Origin: Lama glama | Taxonomy: Eukaryota | Direction of reading: 5' to 3' | Assembly (NCBI GenBank): GCA_028534125.1 | Contig: CM052818.1 | Coordinates: 25,050,001-25,114,000 of the forward strand | DNA length: 64,000 nucleotides | In this document: piece by piece, positions 25,015-37,400 of the stretch | Layout: each line of letters starts with the position of its first letter | How positions within the stretch are numbered: the first letter of the stretch is position 1 | Notes under the pieces: generated by a model | Seen by the model: only the letters and a program-made list of their open reading frames with translations | What the model was told of the DNA's origin: nothing | The model's database searches: none | Position numbers and translations under genes: made by a program

Positions 25015-25215
25015 GGGCTGGAATTTTAATATCAGCCTTTCATACGTGCCAACTCTGCAAACTTGGGTGAGTTACTTAACTAATCTGAGCAGAAATTTCC
25101 TGATCGCTAACATTCAAATATTATCACTCATCCAATAAATTTTCTGTAAGGATTAAGTGCTAAAGTTTTGCCACATAGGAGATGCTCAATAAATGGTAGT
25201 TATTGTTGTTATTAT
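25015..25215 (+). mobile_element. MIR SINE
   Basis: cttgggtgagttacttaac..gtaaggattaa..atgctcaataaatggtagttattgttgttatta. Confidence 0.75.
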
Positions 25216-26599
25216 CTTTGATTGGTTTCTCTTTGAATAAATTTCTGTCACCTAAATGAAAAAAGCTTATTCAAGGCATATATTCAGATATTTCTTAAAC
25301 GGATTTTTTTCATCCAAATTATATGCATCAATATTGTTCACTTGAGTGGAAGAAATTCTAGAATGGAAAAACGACTTAGTAATGACAAGACAAAATTAGT
25401 TGAGTAACTTATCCAATCAGTTCAGGAGAGAAAAACAAAACAAAACAAAACAGGGTTCTAAGATTTTTCACCCCCTCTGCCTATGGGTTCAGTTTATTAC
25501 TGCAACCCTCTAATTTGTTTTAGCTATGGAGACATGGCCATTCCATTTCCAGTTTTACCAAGGAACTGGAACTATATTTCAAAATAGGAACAACTGGATT
25601 TAGAAAATTACTTTTATATGAATAGAACTCATTTACAACTGGTTATTCAAATATCCAGTGACAGCATAATAAAAATTTGGCCCTTCATTTAATTAAATGC
25701 TCTGGTTTACTATTCCCTGGAAGTCGTTACACACATTTGGGAACTGCTCTCTTTCATGTATTTAAAATAGCATTGGACATTAAGACAGTAATTTATTAAG
25801 AAGTAACTTGCTGATCTGAAAGTGCTGATGTGACTTCAAAATGTATTTAGGATGAATCCAACTCAATGAAGCTTATATGCATAGATCTGGGAAATAAGAG
25901 GCTTATTATAGGATTTTCATAGCTGCCTCAAAATGGCAAATGAAGATAAATTGCAGAAATTAGGACTACATGTCGTAATCAAAAAAGAACCTTCTTACAG
26001 ACTGAAACAACTTGGAAAACAAATGAATGGAAGATTAAACAATGAAGTCTGAGTAATATTACTTGTTCCCCTGTGATTAAAGCCTGACAGGAACCATGAG
26101 TCAAAATGTAAACACATGCTAGTTATAGTGGACTCACTAGTTTAAACTTTGGTAAACCACAGGTGTCTCAAACTTACCATTGAAAAACTGTTTTGGGGAA
26201 ATGAAACTAGCCACTACCTTTTTTAATGCATGTGATATATTATTCATAATAAGCAATTCTTATGATAGGAGTAAACATACTTATTCTAGTGGCTTTTCTA
26301 AATTCTGCAAAATATATTTATAATATATATTCCCCTTCACCTGAAATTAATATAATTCAGCTATACTTCAATTGAAAAAATAAATATACATATATAACTT
26401 CCTTGTATTTTCCATATCTAATTCACAAAATATTCAAGAATTTCCCATTATGTGCTTAATTTTAAGGTCTGAATTTTTAGATGACTTCCTTTTTCTGAGC
26501 TCACAGATTTACTAATGCACTACTACAAACATATAGAGGGGAGCCCCCTGAAATATGATAAACCAAAAAAAAAAATGTCATATAAATGAAAGGAATCAG

Positions 26600-26730
26600 C
26601 TAATAACAGGAAAGCTGACGTTTATTCAGTACTTACTATGTGCCGAACACTGGGCCAAGCACTTTAGGAGCATTAGCTCTTTTAACCAGCAATCCCAATG
26701 TGACAAAATCCCAGTATCCCAAATTATAAG
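26600..26730 (-). mobile_element. MIR fragment
   Basis: agctgacgtttattcagtacttactatgtgccgaacactgggccaagcacttta. Confidence 0.7.
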
Positions 26731-27084
26731 AATAAGGGTTTTGAAAATCCTTCTGGTTGATAAAGCATTAAATCCCTAAATGAGAAAAGAAGGCATTTTC
26801 CAGGTGATTTCCTGGCAATTTGTAAAATTAAAGTCTTCCTAAAATTAACTCTATACTGATATAAACTAATCATACATTGCCAATGCCTACAGCCAAATTC
26901 TAAGTGATTTCTCTGCTCTATTAGTCACTTTTATCAGCTTTTATATGAAGCTTCCTTTTTGTAGGTCCAATTGAAGACCAAAAGATAAAACTTCCTTTCC
27001 TATACTTTCAGCTGATTTTCACCAAAGTATCCTGTCATCAGAAACTCACTGCTAAGTCTGAAAGATCTGCCATGATTTGGACTT

Positions 27085-27372
27085 CTCATTCACTCCTCAG
27101 ACTTTATTAACTACCTCCTGTGCACCATGCCTTGGGGATACAAATAAGACTTGTACTCTGCGCTCAAACAGCATTCAGCCTATTAAGGGAGATATGTAAA
27201 CAAACCATAGCAAGTACAATGTGCAATATTATCACATAATAGAGGCAGAGAGAATGGAGGCCCAAAGGAGGAAGTAGTCGATTTTCACAGAAAAAAAGAA
27301 AAAGAAAATTCTAGAAGGATTCATGGAAGCAGTGACACAAAAAGTAGTGTCTTAAATGTAGATGAGAATCTG
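27085..27372 (-). mobile_element. L2 3' fragment
   Basis: cattcac..tttattaactacctcctgtgcacca..ggggatacaaataagac..gaaggattcatggaagcagtgaca. Confidence 0.7.
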
Positions 27373-27382
27373 TGACTGTCAG

Positions 27383-27718
27383 TGGTTGTTCAATTTACTT
27401 GCATGTTCAATCTATTTTTTTGTCAACAGAGGAATTACTTAAAAAAAAAAAGTCTAGGATTCTGTGTCTAGGTCACATACTATCCTATACTATTTTACTT
27501 CCTTTGAACTGGTTGTTCAATTTACTTGCATGTTCAATCTATTTTTTTGTCAACAGATGAATTACTTAAAAAAAAAAGTCTAGGATTCTGTGTCTAGGTC
27601 ACATACTATCCTATATTATTTTATTTCCTTTTCAACAGATGAATTACTTAAAAAAAAAAAAAAGTCTAGGATTCTGTGTCTAGGTCACATACTATCCTAT
27701 ACTATTTTACTTCCTTTT
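27383..27718. repeat. Local tandem triplication (127 + ~123 + ~86 bp)
   Basis: caacaga(g/t)gaattactt(A)n gtctaggattctgtgtctaggtcacatactatcctata..ttcctt occurs three times; the first ~40 bp (tggttgttcaatttacttgcatgttcaatctattttt) occurs twice. Confidence 0.95.
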
Positions 27719-27799
27719 CCTGACATTCTGTTTCTTCCAGCACTTAATCTGGACTTCATTTTTTTTTTCTTTTAAGTAACTAATCATATTGTTTTACTA

Positions 27800-28470
27800 T
27801 CAACATGAAAATTCTTTTCAAAATACTTATGATGCAACCCAGCGATGCCACACCTACGTATATAACTTTCACAAAAGACATATATCTCTCACGAGAGAAT
27901 GTACAAAATTGTTTATTCCTGCATTGTTTGTGAGAGGAAAACAACAGAAACAACGTAAAGGTCCATAAACAAGAGAATGGATAAAATGTGGTCTTTTTAT
28001 ACAATGGAAAGCAATATAGCAGTTTAAATGAATACACAATGTATATTAATCCTTGTTGAAAGAGAACTTAGAAGAAAATATAGAATATGTTATTTAATAA
28101 AGATAGAAAACAGGCAAATCAACACTATATATTATTTACGGATGCATATATCACATAAAGAATTTTAAGAACACACAAAAAGTGACAACTGGAAATTCAG
28201 GATAGGTGTTACTGTTACAGATGGCAGGAGAGGAACGGGACAGGGTGGTTACAGGGGCTTTAACCACAAGTGTAAGATGTTTAATTTGGAAGAAAGGAAG
28301 AGGGAAGAGAAAGAAAAGGAGGAAAGAGAAGAGAAAAAAGAGAGAGATCTGGAGCAAATATGACAAAATAATGTTTGAAATATTCTATAGTAAAATGAAA
28401 GATGTGCTAAGCTTTGTAATAACAACCTTCAGTGTTGTTAACCAAATCTAATAGTCAAACAAAAATTTTA
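27800..28470 (+). mobile_element. L1ME-like ORF2 end/3'UTR
   Basis: acccagcgatgccacacct..gcattgtttgt..gagaatggataaaatgtgg..tacaatggaa..aaaacaggcaaa..aaattcaggatag. Confidence 0.75.
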
Positions 28471-28964
28471 AAGTAAAAAATTAGCAAACTGTATATACAA
28501 TTTTCTAGTTCTACTAATGAAAAAAAAAAGTAGTTGCTTCTAAGGAAGATAATAGGTACAGTGTTAATCTCCCATTCCCCTTCTAGAGCATCCTTAAGGA
28601 AGACCAAGTGGGTGCCTTGGTATCATAAAGGAAAGCGCTGGTGCTCATTAACCATTCCGCTGTGAACCAATTTGTGATCAAATGAAAGCTCCTGGGAGAC
28701 CAACAAAGTACTGACAATTTGCCCAACAGTAATTTACACTTTTTTTTTTCTTTTCAAGACCCTTCAGAATTTTTAAGAAAGAGTTTCAGTTTGGCAGGCC
28801 TCCAAATGAAAAAGCTTAATGTTAATTCTTTTGCTAATAACTAAATTATTAGTTCTGGAGGCAAAATTAAAACCTTAGTATGGTAAATCTAGGAATCAAG
28901 GTCAAATCCATATTGGGTCTCTGACATCAAAACAGGATGATGATCCGAAGAGTGGCCATTTTTA

Positions 28965-29153
28965 GGGGAAAAAGCCCAGGGCTGGGAGGATGGAGACCTA
29001 GATCCTGGGGCTGCCACCCACCAGTAGGGTGACTTTATAGAGCATTCGCTTACCCTCTCTCTGAACCTTCATGTCCTTGCCCCATAAAGTGAAATACTGA
29101 ATCTGAATCTGATCATTCTAAACTTCTTTCTAGGTCTAAAAGTCTATAATATG
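28965..29153 (+). mobile_element. MIR3-like SINE
   Basis: gaaaaagcccagggctggga..ggagacctag..ctgccacc..gtgactt..ctctctgaacct..ttctaggtctaaaagtctat. Confidence 0.65.
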
Positions 29154-29414
29154 GTATCCTAAATCATAGTAAGATTTGACCACTTAGATTAAACCATGGG
29201 TAATAAAAAAATTCTCATTAGAGATTTTCATAAATGTGATAAATGTGGTAGGAACATGTCTTTAGATTTAAGTTTAAGCAAATCTTTTCCCCCTATTTCC
29301 CAAAAGAGGAGGTAGGGATGGAGAATATATGATGTAGACGTTAACATGGGCTCTTTGTAATCCACAAGAAATCATGGAAAACTAAAGCCAGAAAGTGGGA
29401 AATGCAAAAGCAGC

Positions 29415-30105
29415 CATTCCATAAACCTTTCTGAAGCTATTATGTACAAGGGCATTGTTAGGCACTAAAGGACACAGTCCCGGCCCTTAAAAAGCTCAAG
29501 GTTTTGTAGGAAAGACAGAAAAAGATTTAGATGTTAACTACTGTAATAGAGGCATATACAACATGTTACAGGATTAGGTAAGAGTACTTAATTCTGACTA
29601 GGGAAATCAAGGAAGGTTTCCTGGAGGAAGTAAGGTTTAAACTAAATTCTAAAGAATGAATAGGAAACAGCTGAGGGAAGAAGCAAGTAAGAACCCCATA
29701 TGAAAATGCAGAGAAGTAACATGAATTATTTCAGTAAATAGCAAGTAGCCTCGTATGGCTATAATTCAGAGTAGGGGGATATGGCAGGAGATGAGAGTGG
29801 CAATTGAGGCAAATCATGAGTCAGATCATGAAAGGTATTGAATACCAACAAAAGAACTTTAAATTTTATTGATAGGAATGAGGAACCACTTTAAACCAAG
29901 AATAGAGATAAGATACAATGTGAATTTTAGCCGAATCTCTCTGAAACCTCTGTGGATGATAGACTGGAGGTGTGAGAGACTGGAGTCAGAGAGACCAGTT
30001 GTAAGACACCAATACATGCACCCAGGTAACAACTAATGAGGGCCTTGGCTAACAAAAGTGTTCTGGTTCTCGAAAGGGTAGGAAAGGATAGATTCTGGAA
30101 ACTAT
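29415..30105 (-). mobile_element. L2 (L2c-like) fragment
   Basis: ggaaatcaaggaaggtttcctggaggaagt..cagatcatgaaagg..ggatgatagactggagg..gagagactggagtcagagagaccagtt. Confidence 0.8.
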
Positions 30106-30129
30106 AGATTGGTGAACTACATTTTCCTC

Positions 30130-30310
30130 TCTAGAAAATTCTGTAAAAATCACCTGAAGGGTCACTGGGGAGCCTTAGAAAATGGGTTGAACAGTCGATC
30201 ACTAGGAACCACTAACAGTTCACCCAAACCAACCTCCTCTCCTCCGTGATGGGGCTGTCAGACTGAGAGATTGGGAAGGAGCTGATGGACTGTGTGCCTT
30301 CACTTCTGTT
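30130..30310 (+). mobile_element. L3/CR1 RT-region fragment
   Basis: gagccttagaaaa..gatcactaggaacca..gttcacc..aacctc..tcctccgtgatggggctgtcagactg resembles recalled L3 consensus. Confidence 0.55.
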
Positions 30311-30734
30311 TTGGTGGCTCTCTTCCCTCTTGGAGTGTGGGCACTAGCGCCACCCCAGACTTTGTTTTTGGCCTTACCCGTCCTCACAATAACCTAAATG
30401 AAGATTTCCTTGTAAGAATTGTTAGGATCTCAGTGAGACCCTCACAATTAAATCTGAAAAAGGCCACATGAAATCTACTGGGCCTTGTCTAAAAATATTC
30501 TCCAATTTCAGAAGTAATAGCAGGCAAATCACTCATGAGCCTTGACACTCTGATATGTCAAGAATTCAACATAATACTCCACATAAGAATTGACCAACCT
30601 GTCAAAGCCAACTGATTTCGTTTCGTATCAGTTATTCTCAGCTTCAATTCTTATGTCAGTTTGTACCTATTCCCAACAGACAACTGTGGATTCCCAAGAT
30701 TCTGCCAGGCTCTCTCTTCCATAACAAGTCCTTT

Positions 30735-31101
30735 CCCACCCTCAGGCTTTCACACAGCTGTTTCTTGCCAGAATGTCCTTTCCAGTTGCCTGACTTCTCT
30801 GCTTTTAGGTCTCAGCTGAAGGCTTCCCCAACCACCCTGCATCAAGTAGGGTGCCCCTTGGTTTCACCATCTCTGACCCTTGTTTCCTTCAGGACATTCA
30901 TTACAGCCTGCATTTATTTATTTGTCTGGTTTCTTATTTGGTTTGGTTTGGTTTTGTCTTCTTGGTCTCTCCACAAGAAACAGAATTCCCTGAGGGCAGG
31001 GACCACTTCTGTCTTATTCATCACTGTATCACCAGCACGTAGCAGGGCGCCTGGGACATAGTAGGTCATCAATTAATATATATTGAAATGAATGAATGAA
31101 T
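30735..31101 (+). mobile_element. L2 3' end (L2a/b-like)
   Basis: ccctgagggcagggacc..tctgtcttattcatcactgtatcaccagcac..cctgggacatagtagg..tgaatgaatgaat. Confidence 0.9.
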
Positions 31102-31629
31102 CCTTGGTTCAGACTGGGCTCATTTATAGGACTCCATTTTGCCTCAGCCTCTCCACTTTGCTTCCTGCCCTGACCACCCACCAACCTTCTCACCCCTACA
31201 GTATCGTATTTCACCCCTCACCCCTGCCTGGCTCAGCCCTTCCAGCCTTGATCTCTCCCCTCGGGCTACACAGTGAACCATGTGTTTGTCTTGGAGCTGT
31301 TTCTCTTGCTGCCTCAGTGAGCAGCTAAAGTTGTTAACCTCAGCTGCTCTTTGCTGCCTCTATCTGTCAAAAAACAGCCAAAACCACAGCTGCCTTGGGA
31401 CTCTACAGCTAATCCTTGAGAACTGGCTCTAATTTTCAAATTTACAGAAGGCACAAAGTTGACAGTGTGGCTAATACAATGGTGAATCAGTATCACAATG
31501 ATCTTCACCGGCTGGTCAGTCGCATCTCTGAAACGTTTTCAAGCTGGGTTCCATAATTTAAGGGGGAACTACTGAAAATGTAGATGTCCAGAAGAAAGTA
31601 GAAAGTTTGTAAACTACTGGAATAAGAAT

Positions 31630-31864
31630 GGGGCTAAATACACAGACTCTGGAGCCAGACATAGTTTGAATCCTGGCTCTAGTACTTAGTATGTGATAGT
31701 TGGTAACTTGGATAACTTTGTTCCTTGGTCTCCCCAACTGTGAAGTGGGGCTAATAGTAGTGCCCATCTCACAGAATTATGAGGATTAACTGCGTTGATA
31801 CATGCAAAGCACTTAAAATAGTGCCAGGCATATATTAAGTGCTATATGAGTGTCAGGTCTTTAT
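31630..31864 (+). mobile_element. MIR SINE
   Basis: gactctggagccagac..tttgaatcctggctct..ctgtgaagtggggctaatagtagtgcc..gaggattaa..agtgccaggcata. Confidence 0.85.
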
Positions 31865-31919
31865 ATATAAAGAATGGTTAAGAAACTTGTTAGAGTATTT
31901 GATTTATTATTCTTCAAGA

Positions 31920-32013
31920 CCCTTGCTAGTTAGAGTGTGGGCTGAGGACCAACAGCACTGGCTTCACCTGGAAGCCTGTTAGAGATGCAGAATCTCAGGC
32001 CCCACCCTTGACT
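31920..32013. mobile_element. MER5A-like fragment
   Basis: ggaccaacagcactggcttcacctggaagcctgttagagatgcagaatctcaggccccaccc. Confidence 0.8.
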
Positions 32014-32698
32014 CATGAGAGCGCACGACAGGAGCCAAGCTGGGAGAGGGGAGAGACACTGTAAGATGTCAGATCCACAGAAGAACAAAATTAATTTTTT
32101 CATTCTGTTTTCCTCTTTTTCTTCCCCCCAACCTATCTCTATTTCCTTTTTTCTCTCTCTCATTCTTTTTTTTTTTTTTCGTCTCTTGTAGAATATACTT
32201 TAGAAGGGAAAGACATACCAGTCAGAGAGATGCAGCAACAAGTGTGGAGGGTGCATCCCCTGCTAAGTGCAGCACCATCTGGGCTGCTGCCCCAGATATC
32301 CTGGGTTAAAGGAGCCCCAGACTTAAGCAGCCAACAGGACTATCTTTCTTCACCCACCAGACAGCAAAGTCAAGAAGTCCAAAGTGGGCCAAGGTTGGGG
32401 AGGTGGGGCATGGCAGAGGTGGGCCAGGTCTCCTGCCAAGCAGGAGCAATACTGACTCCTCTCACCTCTCTAGCTCTTGAAAGGAAGAACTTTCCAAAAG
32501 GCAGAATGCCAACCTGACCAGCTAGCTATGCCTGCCCTGCAGTCTAGTGGGATGTCCTCACTCTGGGCCGGGCCATCCACTGGGAGAAGTAGCAGGAAGC
32601 AGCCATGGGAAGAGAGAAGAACCTCAGGCTGCTTGGAGACCCTCACATTGAAGGGGCCAGAGAAAGGCTGTGTTTGAGTCCCCACTGTGAGGACTCAC

Positions 32699-32797
32699 CC
32701 ATAGGAATCCAGCCAACCAAATAGTCAGGTTTGGCTCAAAATGGATCAGAAGGTCTACCAATGAAAGCTTAGTTTCTGCCTCATAAAGAATTATGAC
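32699..32797 (-). other. Candidate 99-nt exon of an unidentified transcript
   Basis: minus strand ttctttgtgtttctcttacAG|gtcata...cctatgg|GTGAGT; no homology recognised. Confidence 0.3.
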
Positions 32798-33952
32798 CTG
32801 TAAGAGAAACACAAAGAACTTGGTAAATGGACTGCAAAGACAGGCTGAGGAAATGTGGGAGGAATGGACTGTTTGGTTCCACTTTGAAAGTTTATTTTGA
32901 GGGGTCATATTAAGAGAATCTTTTGCTGGAATGGGAATGCTGTGGAAAACGCAAGACCATTAAAAAGGAGAACAGTTTCATCTTGCTGAAGGGATAAAGG
33001 AAATACGGTGTCATAACATTTTTTTTAATATCATTTTCTGTGCATTTGGTTTCCTAACTAAAGTAAAAGACACTATATGTCAGGAGCCATATATTTTTCT
33101 TTCAGTTTTTCCAAACAGAACATAATATACCATGTGGCATGCGGTAGGTGCTCAACAAATACACTGCATTTCAGGAGATGCTGATCTCACCAGAACTTAA
33201 ACTGATTTGACAGTAATCAGATGATTAATAGCATTAATATGAAGAAAGTACATGGCACTAAAAGACCAGAATTTCACAACCTTCTTCTTCCTGTGTTAAC
33301 CAGGTATTTACACAGGAAGGCAACAGGTAGGCATTGTTAGGGGAAAATGTAAACAGGTGAGGATGGAGAATCCTTGTTGCTCCTCTCATTTGCTCTTAGT
33401 CACTTAATGTTTATTAGGACTTCAATTTCCCTATGTGAAATAGAGATGGAAAACAGTACTTATCAAAGCAAGTAAGACTGACAGAGATGGGCATCAAAGA
33501 CATTTGGGTAGAGATTCATTTCTGTTGAATTCCTGGCAGAGAGATCCCTGGTCTCATTTTGGCAGTGTCACAGGCTTCCCAGGTTGTCCCATAAGGAATT
33601 TATCCTCAGTTACCTGCTTCATTTGAAAAATGAAGAAAATGAAGGTGGTCAGTGAAACCTGACTGAATACTTGGAAAAGATTCTAAATCCATCAAGGTTC
33701 ACGGTCGCATTTTAATGTAGACAATGTAACTCAGAACTTGGGGGTGGGGGAGAAGGGGCCAAATCCTGGTTTTAGGGTGTGAAGGGATTGGGAGGATGGG
33801 GTGAGATGTGGAATCAGTTGTTGGCCATTTGTATACGGCATCAGAGCAGCAAGGATCCATCCCTCTGGAAATGGGATGGTCAGTAGGGAAAAGAAGGAAA
33901 TCTGAACTGTCCTGAGTCACTATGCCCTAGAGATGCCCAGACAAGGCTGCTG

Positions 33953-34271
33953 TGTCTTAGTCCATTCGACCTGCTACTACAGAATACCAGGAAGTTGGAA
34001 AGCCCAAGGTCAAGGTGCTGGCACATTTGGTGTCTGGTGAGAGCCACTTCCTGGTTCATAGATGGCCATCTTCTCACTGTGTCCTCACTTGGGGGAAGAG
34101 GCAAGAGAGCTCTCTGGGGTCTCTTTTATAAAGGCACTAATTCCAGTCATGATGGCTCCATCCTCATGACCTAATCACCTCCCAAAGGTCCCACCCCCAA
34201 ATACCATCACACTGGGGATTAGGTTTCAACATATGAATTTGGGGGGAACCCAAACATTCAGTTCTATTGCA
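33953..34271 (-). mobile_element. MLT1A0-like solo LTR
   Basis: tgtcttagtccattc..caaggtgctggca..ggcactaattcc..catgacctaatcacctcccaaagg..ggtttcaacatatgaatttgggggg..aaacattcagt. Confidence 0.9.
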
Positions 34272-34417
34272 ACATCCTTACAAGAGTACAAGAGGCTTAC
34301 TTTCTTCCTAGGCTCATCATTACTAAACCAAAGGTCAAAACCAGTAAGTACATCACTCATTGTTTTAAGACCACATTGTAGCTCAATCTTGGTTCACAGA
34401 GAGTGAGACAGGCTGAT

Positions 34418-34468
34418 TTTTTTTTTTACATTTTTTGTATTTTGTAATTGAGTAATAGTTATTTTACA
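34418..34468 (-). mobile_element. Ultra-short (~50 bp) L1 3' terminus with TSD
   Basis: TSD acaggctgat (34408-34417 / 34469-34478); insert is polyT plus attgagtaatagttattttaca. Confidence 0.7.
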
Positions 34469-37400
34469 ACAGGCTGATGTTTTAATGTCAGAATGGTAGC
34501 AAGTACATCTTGTGTTAAAGAGGAGAATTTATTACATCAGATGTGGGATGGGAAGCAAAGAATTAACAGGAACACAAGTAACACATATGCCCCCCTATTT
34601 TCAGTTACCTCATGATGAGTATGTTTGCTGAAAGCAGTATTTCAGGAGGGCTACACCATATTTGGGGGCTATGTTAAGTAACAGAATGAAGAGGAAGAGA
34701 AAGGAAATGGAATCTTATCGAGAAGGAAATGAGTCAAACAAAAGCAAAAAAAAACCTGGAGAATACTTTGGAAGTAAATCTATTTAGTAACCTCAGAGCC
34801 TCTTACACCTTTGGGGAGGAGAACCATTAATCTAGGCCCTTCTTGGTTTATCATTTACAGTTCTGAAACTTGGCCACGTTCAGGCAGAACCACAGGATTG
34901 TATTTTGTTTTTATAGTGTTACTGGAATATCAGCTTGTCATTAAAAAAACAAATTTCAGTGCAACAAAATAAAGATGATATAAAATCAAATCCTACAACA
35001 TTCAGAGATAGACTGATTTCTAAATCAAATGTTTCTAGCCCCAACTAGAAATTGTTACCTGTCCCAGGAATATTATTCAGGTAATAAAAGTTGAGCCCAA
35101 AGATGTAACTCACTTTATTGGTAGGAGTTTAATGAGATGGCTTATGGAAATAAAATTAAACAAATGTTCTACCTACAGCAAGAGTAAATTACATATACTG
35201 GATTCTGTTTATCAGGCAATTGTTATGGTCCTAATTTACTGCTTGATTCTTAACTCTTCATTTCAAAAGCAATAGCTGTTCCTCTAACAAAATTCTATTC
35301 ATTCCCTCATACTATGATTGTAGAAAATTTTCACCCTTAAATTCCACTAATTTTCATTAATTATCATTAAATTAGTAGATAAAACTTTGTTGAGACCTTA
35401 TTGAAACGCTTGTTCATCTAATTCTGCCACTCTCATCAGGGGGTTGTTAACTCAAAATTATTTGTTCTTTTATGTTTGCATTTCTGTTTACTCTCTTCTC
35501 TCCCTAAAGTTAATCATTAGGGACTTTATATTTCCAACTTTAAAACGAGTACCTGTATCAAAAAAGCCTATACTATAAAGAAAACTCATTCCAGCACATA
35601 CAATGAAAATGACCTATTTGCAGAGACAACAAACTGGTTAAAAAAAAAAAAGCTTTTGTTGTTTTTATATATGAGCTATTAAATAACTACCAAGTAAAAT
35701 TCAGTCATATTTCTTCACTAGAGGTCAATTCTGTTGGAGTCTTAATATTATTGAAATTGACACCCAATTCTCTGATAAATAGACTTCTATTGAGGTTTTA
35801 CATTTTTAAAGTAAGAATAGTGTTTCAGGTTTCTTCTATATCCATTTAAATTTGTCATGTGATACTGGAAACCATATATATTACATTACATTATCATGAA
35901 TCACTGCCCCCAGGCCAATAGGAAGTAACAAAAAAAGCCAAGAAACAATGTGATTTTTTAAAGAGTTAACTGAATGCTAGATATCTTTTAATATCACATT
36001 TGCTTTCTACGGAATAGATAAGAATTCCAACATACATAGGAGTGTGTGTACTACACATGCACAATATATGGCATATAATTATATTCAGGCATTCATATGT
36101 AGATGTAAAAATATGAATACACACATATGACTTAAATTCAGTCACAAATACATTGCTCCTGTTTCTCTCAGTTACAAAAACCTCTTAAAAATTCAAAATT
36201 TAAAAATTATTATAAAAATAATCTTTACATATTATATCTAATTTGCATCTGGTATGTGGTTCTTTGAATGTCTATTTGTGCATTCAGTATGATTTTTCTT
36301 ACTAAAGTTAAATTTTCTTCTAATTTTAACACATCACAAAGGTGATTACAACTATTTCCTGCATAAACCTCTGAGACAGCTTCTCAGAACACAAGACAAA
36401 CTAAGAAACAACACAAATTGATTTAAAAATCTAAAATCCTTAAAATGATACTCTTTTTAATCTTGGTAGATTACTGTGTTGCAATGGATCCTTTTGCATA
36501 GCACTTATCAGTGTAGAAATGTGTGACAACTTAAATCATTTTCAGATCTGCAAGTTATTTGCAACACAATTAGAAAATCATTTGTTTTGCTTTGTTGGTT
36601 TTTTTTTTTCAAATTAAGAAAACTCCATTATCCTTATCTTCATCTCCTCTAATTCTAGTGGTATCTATAGACCCCTAACACTGGGCGTGTGCTACCTTAA
36701 GCTGACATTCCATACAAAATTCATATAAAGGAATGGTCCTCCAGACCATCTCTCCCTGTTTTACGTTATTCCAAAAATATGACTCAGGGCTCAGTGGTAC
36801 ACATGGATCATGGCAAATAGCAAATTTTTGTTTAATTTTTAAAGAGATCATCGAATATTTGAGTGGATTATACTTAAACCACAGAATTATGAAGTTATAG
36901 GCAACAGCCCTCGCATTTTTATCTCTGAGGTTAAGTGGCCTGCATCACACAGCTCAGTAAATAGAAGGCTTGCGCCAGAACTCAGGTCCCACTCCCAGGT
37001 GAATAATCCTGTGTGTAAGATAAACACAAGTAACAGTGTCAGGTTCTTTATTGAAGAGAAAATGAGTCAGCACTCTAAAATACCACTCAGCTCCACAGGC
37101 TTCCAGGCTATTCCAGTTCTGTTCTCAATGAACAGAAACTTGTAGATTTTATAAACAAAGCCAAATTTTCAGATAAGGGAATAAGACAAATGCAGCAACA
37201 TTGGAAGTATGTGTTCTAAAAAAAGAACATGCCTCTTCTTATCTCAGAAATACTTCATATACATTTTCTTAACTTGAGAAGTCAGGCTAAATTTGATTAA
37301 GCACATTTCCACATATCACATGAGCCTACTGCTAGTGTAGAATAAAGTGGAAACCAAAAGAAATGCCACATATTTCATGGTGTGATTCAGTTTTCTTTCC

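Noticed and set aside
27383..27718. CRISPR-like or prokaryotic repeat array
   Set aside because: Head-to-tail long copies with no unique spacers, no cas genes, and a mammalian context.
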